DNA of 45,531 nucleotides from Betaproteobacteria bacterium (GTDB taxonomy: Bacteria; Pseudomonadota; Gammaproteobacteria; Burkholderiales; SG8-39). Location of the stretch: assembly GCA_019509895.1 (NCBI GenBank), contig JAEKLK010000166.1:1-45531 (forward strand). The letters run 5' to 3'. Positions within the stretch are counted from its first letter, which is position 1. Every line of letters starts with the position of its first letter. Of this stretch, positions 45,086 to 45,531 are shown piece after piece. Below the pieces are notes generated by a model, which was not told the origin of the DNA, searched no databases, and was given only the letters and a program-made list of their open reading frames with translations. The position numbers and the translations under genes are program-made.

Positions 45086-45531
45086 ATGAATCCGACCGCC
45101 ATCTATTCGAAGTCGGGTAAGGGAGTGCAGGAGGCATCCGGCAAGACGAGCCTGCTGCAGCGGGGAGACCGGGTCGTGCTTGCCGCTATCGATGGGCGCG
45201 CAACGCTCGGCGAAGTCGCGCAAAAAGTCGGCAAGACGTTCGACGCCGGCTTCCAAAGCCTGATCTCGCAGCTCGACAAGAACGGCTTCGTCCGCGAAGT
45301 GTCGTCCGGCGCTGCGCCGGCGAAGCCGGCCGTGTCGCCGCCGTCGCGGCCGCCGGCCGCCAAGCCGGCCGCCCGTCCGGCCGGTCAGGATGCCGGCGGT
45401 GATCTCGATTTCAGCTCGCTCGGCAAGGGCAGCTCGCCGCGCCCGGCGGCAGCGCCCACGCCCTCGCCAATGGAGCAGACTTCCGCGCTTGCCAAGGCGC
45501 GCGAGGAAGCGGAAGCCAAGGCCGCCGCCGA
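45086..45531 (+). CDS. Hypothetical protein, 5' partial (N-terminal ~70-aa globular domain then Pro/Ala-rich linker); continues beyond the window
   Basis: Not in the ORF track because it is open-ended. ATG 45086, MNPTAIYSKSGKGVQEASGKTSLLQRGDRVVLAAIDGRATLGEVAQKVGKTFDAGFQSLISQLDKNGFVREV... High GC3 is maintained to the window end. Confidence 0.55.
   Translation, partial: MNPTAIYSKSGKGVQEASGKTSLLQRGDRVVLAAIDGRATLGEVAQKVGKTFDAGFQSLISQLDKNGFVREVSSGAAPAKPAVSPPSRPPAAKPAARPAGQDAGGDLDFSSLGKGSSPRPAAAPTPSPMEQTSALAKAREEAEAKAAA

Overview
Visibly high-GC proteobacterial chromosomal segment (roughly two-thirds G+C by eye, not computed). Gene content and protein sequences look betaproteobacterial or Burkholderiales-like, but I cannot verify the taxon. 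I support about 48 protein-coding genes. I saw no rRNA, tRNA, CRISPR array, integrase, transposase or phage genes. Left arm (+ strand, 1-16.5 kb): efflux adaptor fragment, NodT outer-membrane factor, CAX antiporter, OM barrel, patatin lipoprotein, tandem-repeat periplasmic protein, AI-2E transporter, degenerate RRM-like protein, an unknown protein, then a tight DUF3141 / phosphotransacylase / ackA / fabI string and a DUF748 giant protein. Middle (- strand, 16.5-30 kb): a long co-directional string of two paralogous three-protein two-component modules (kinase, FixJ/LuxR regulator, orphan receiver), then outer-membrane proteins, two small unknown proteins, a Thermus-like B-family (ba3) haem-copper oxidase operon with a likely overlooked 38-aa subunit IIa, a dihaem cytochrome c and a lipoprotein, a hairpin terminator, then a VIT-like protein and MltF. 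Right arm: HIT protein, class II aldolase, S41 peptidase (broken), unknown secreted protein, nnr (broken), polysaccharide deacetylase, TRAP transporter, LhgO-like oxidoreductase, MFS pump, serine hydrolase, 5-oxoprolinase and a partial unknown gene. Main hunt results: (1) the DUF3141-pta/ptb-ackA-fabI cluster as a candidate acyl-CoA-to-ATP module; (2) the duplicated branched signalling modules feeding into OMP and ba3 oxidase genes; (3) an unusual density of genes with internal gaps, frameshifts or lost key residues (NodT, CAX, S41, Nnr, DctQ), which is either real gene decay or assembly error; (4) a repeated AT-rich palindrome sitting exactly between convergent stop codons. No canonical defence or mobile system is evident. 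All functional calls come from motif recognition by eye, not database searches.
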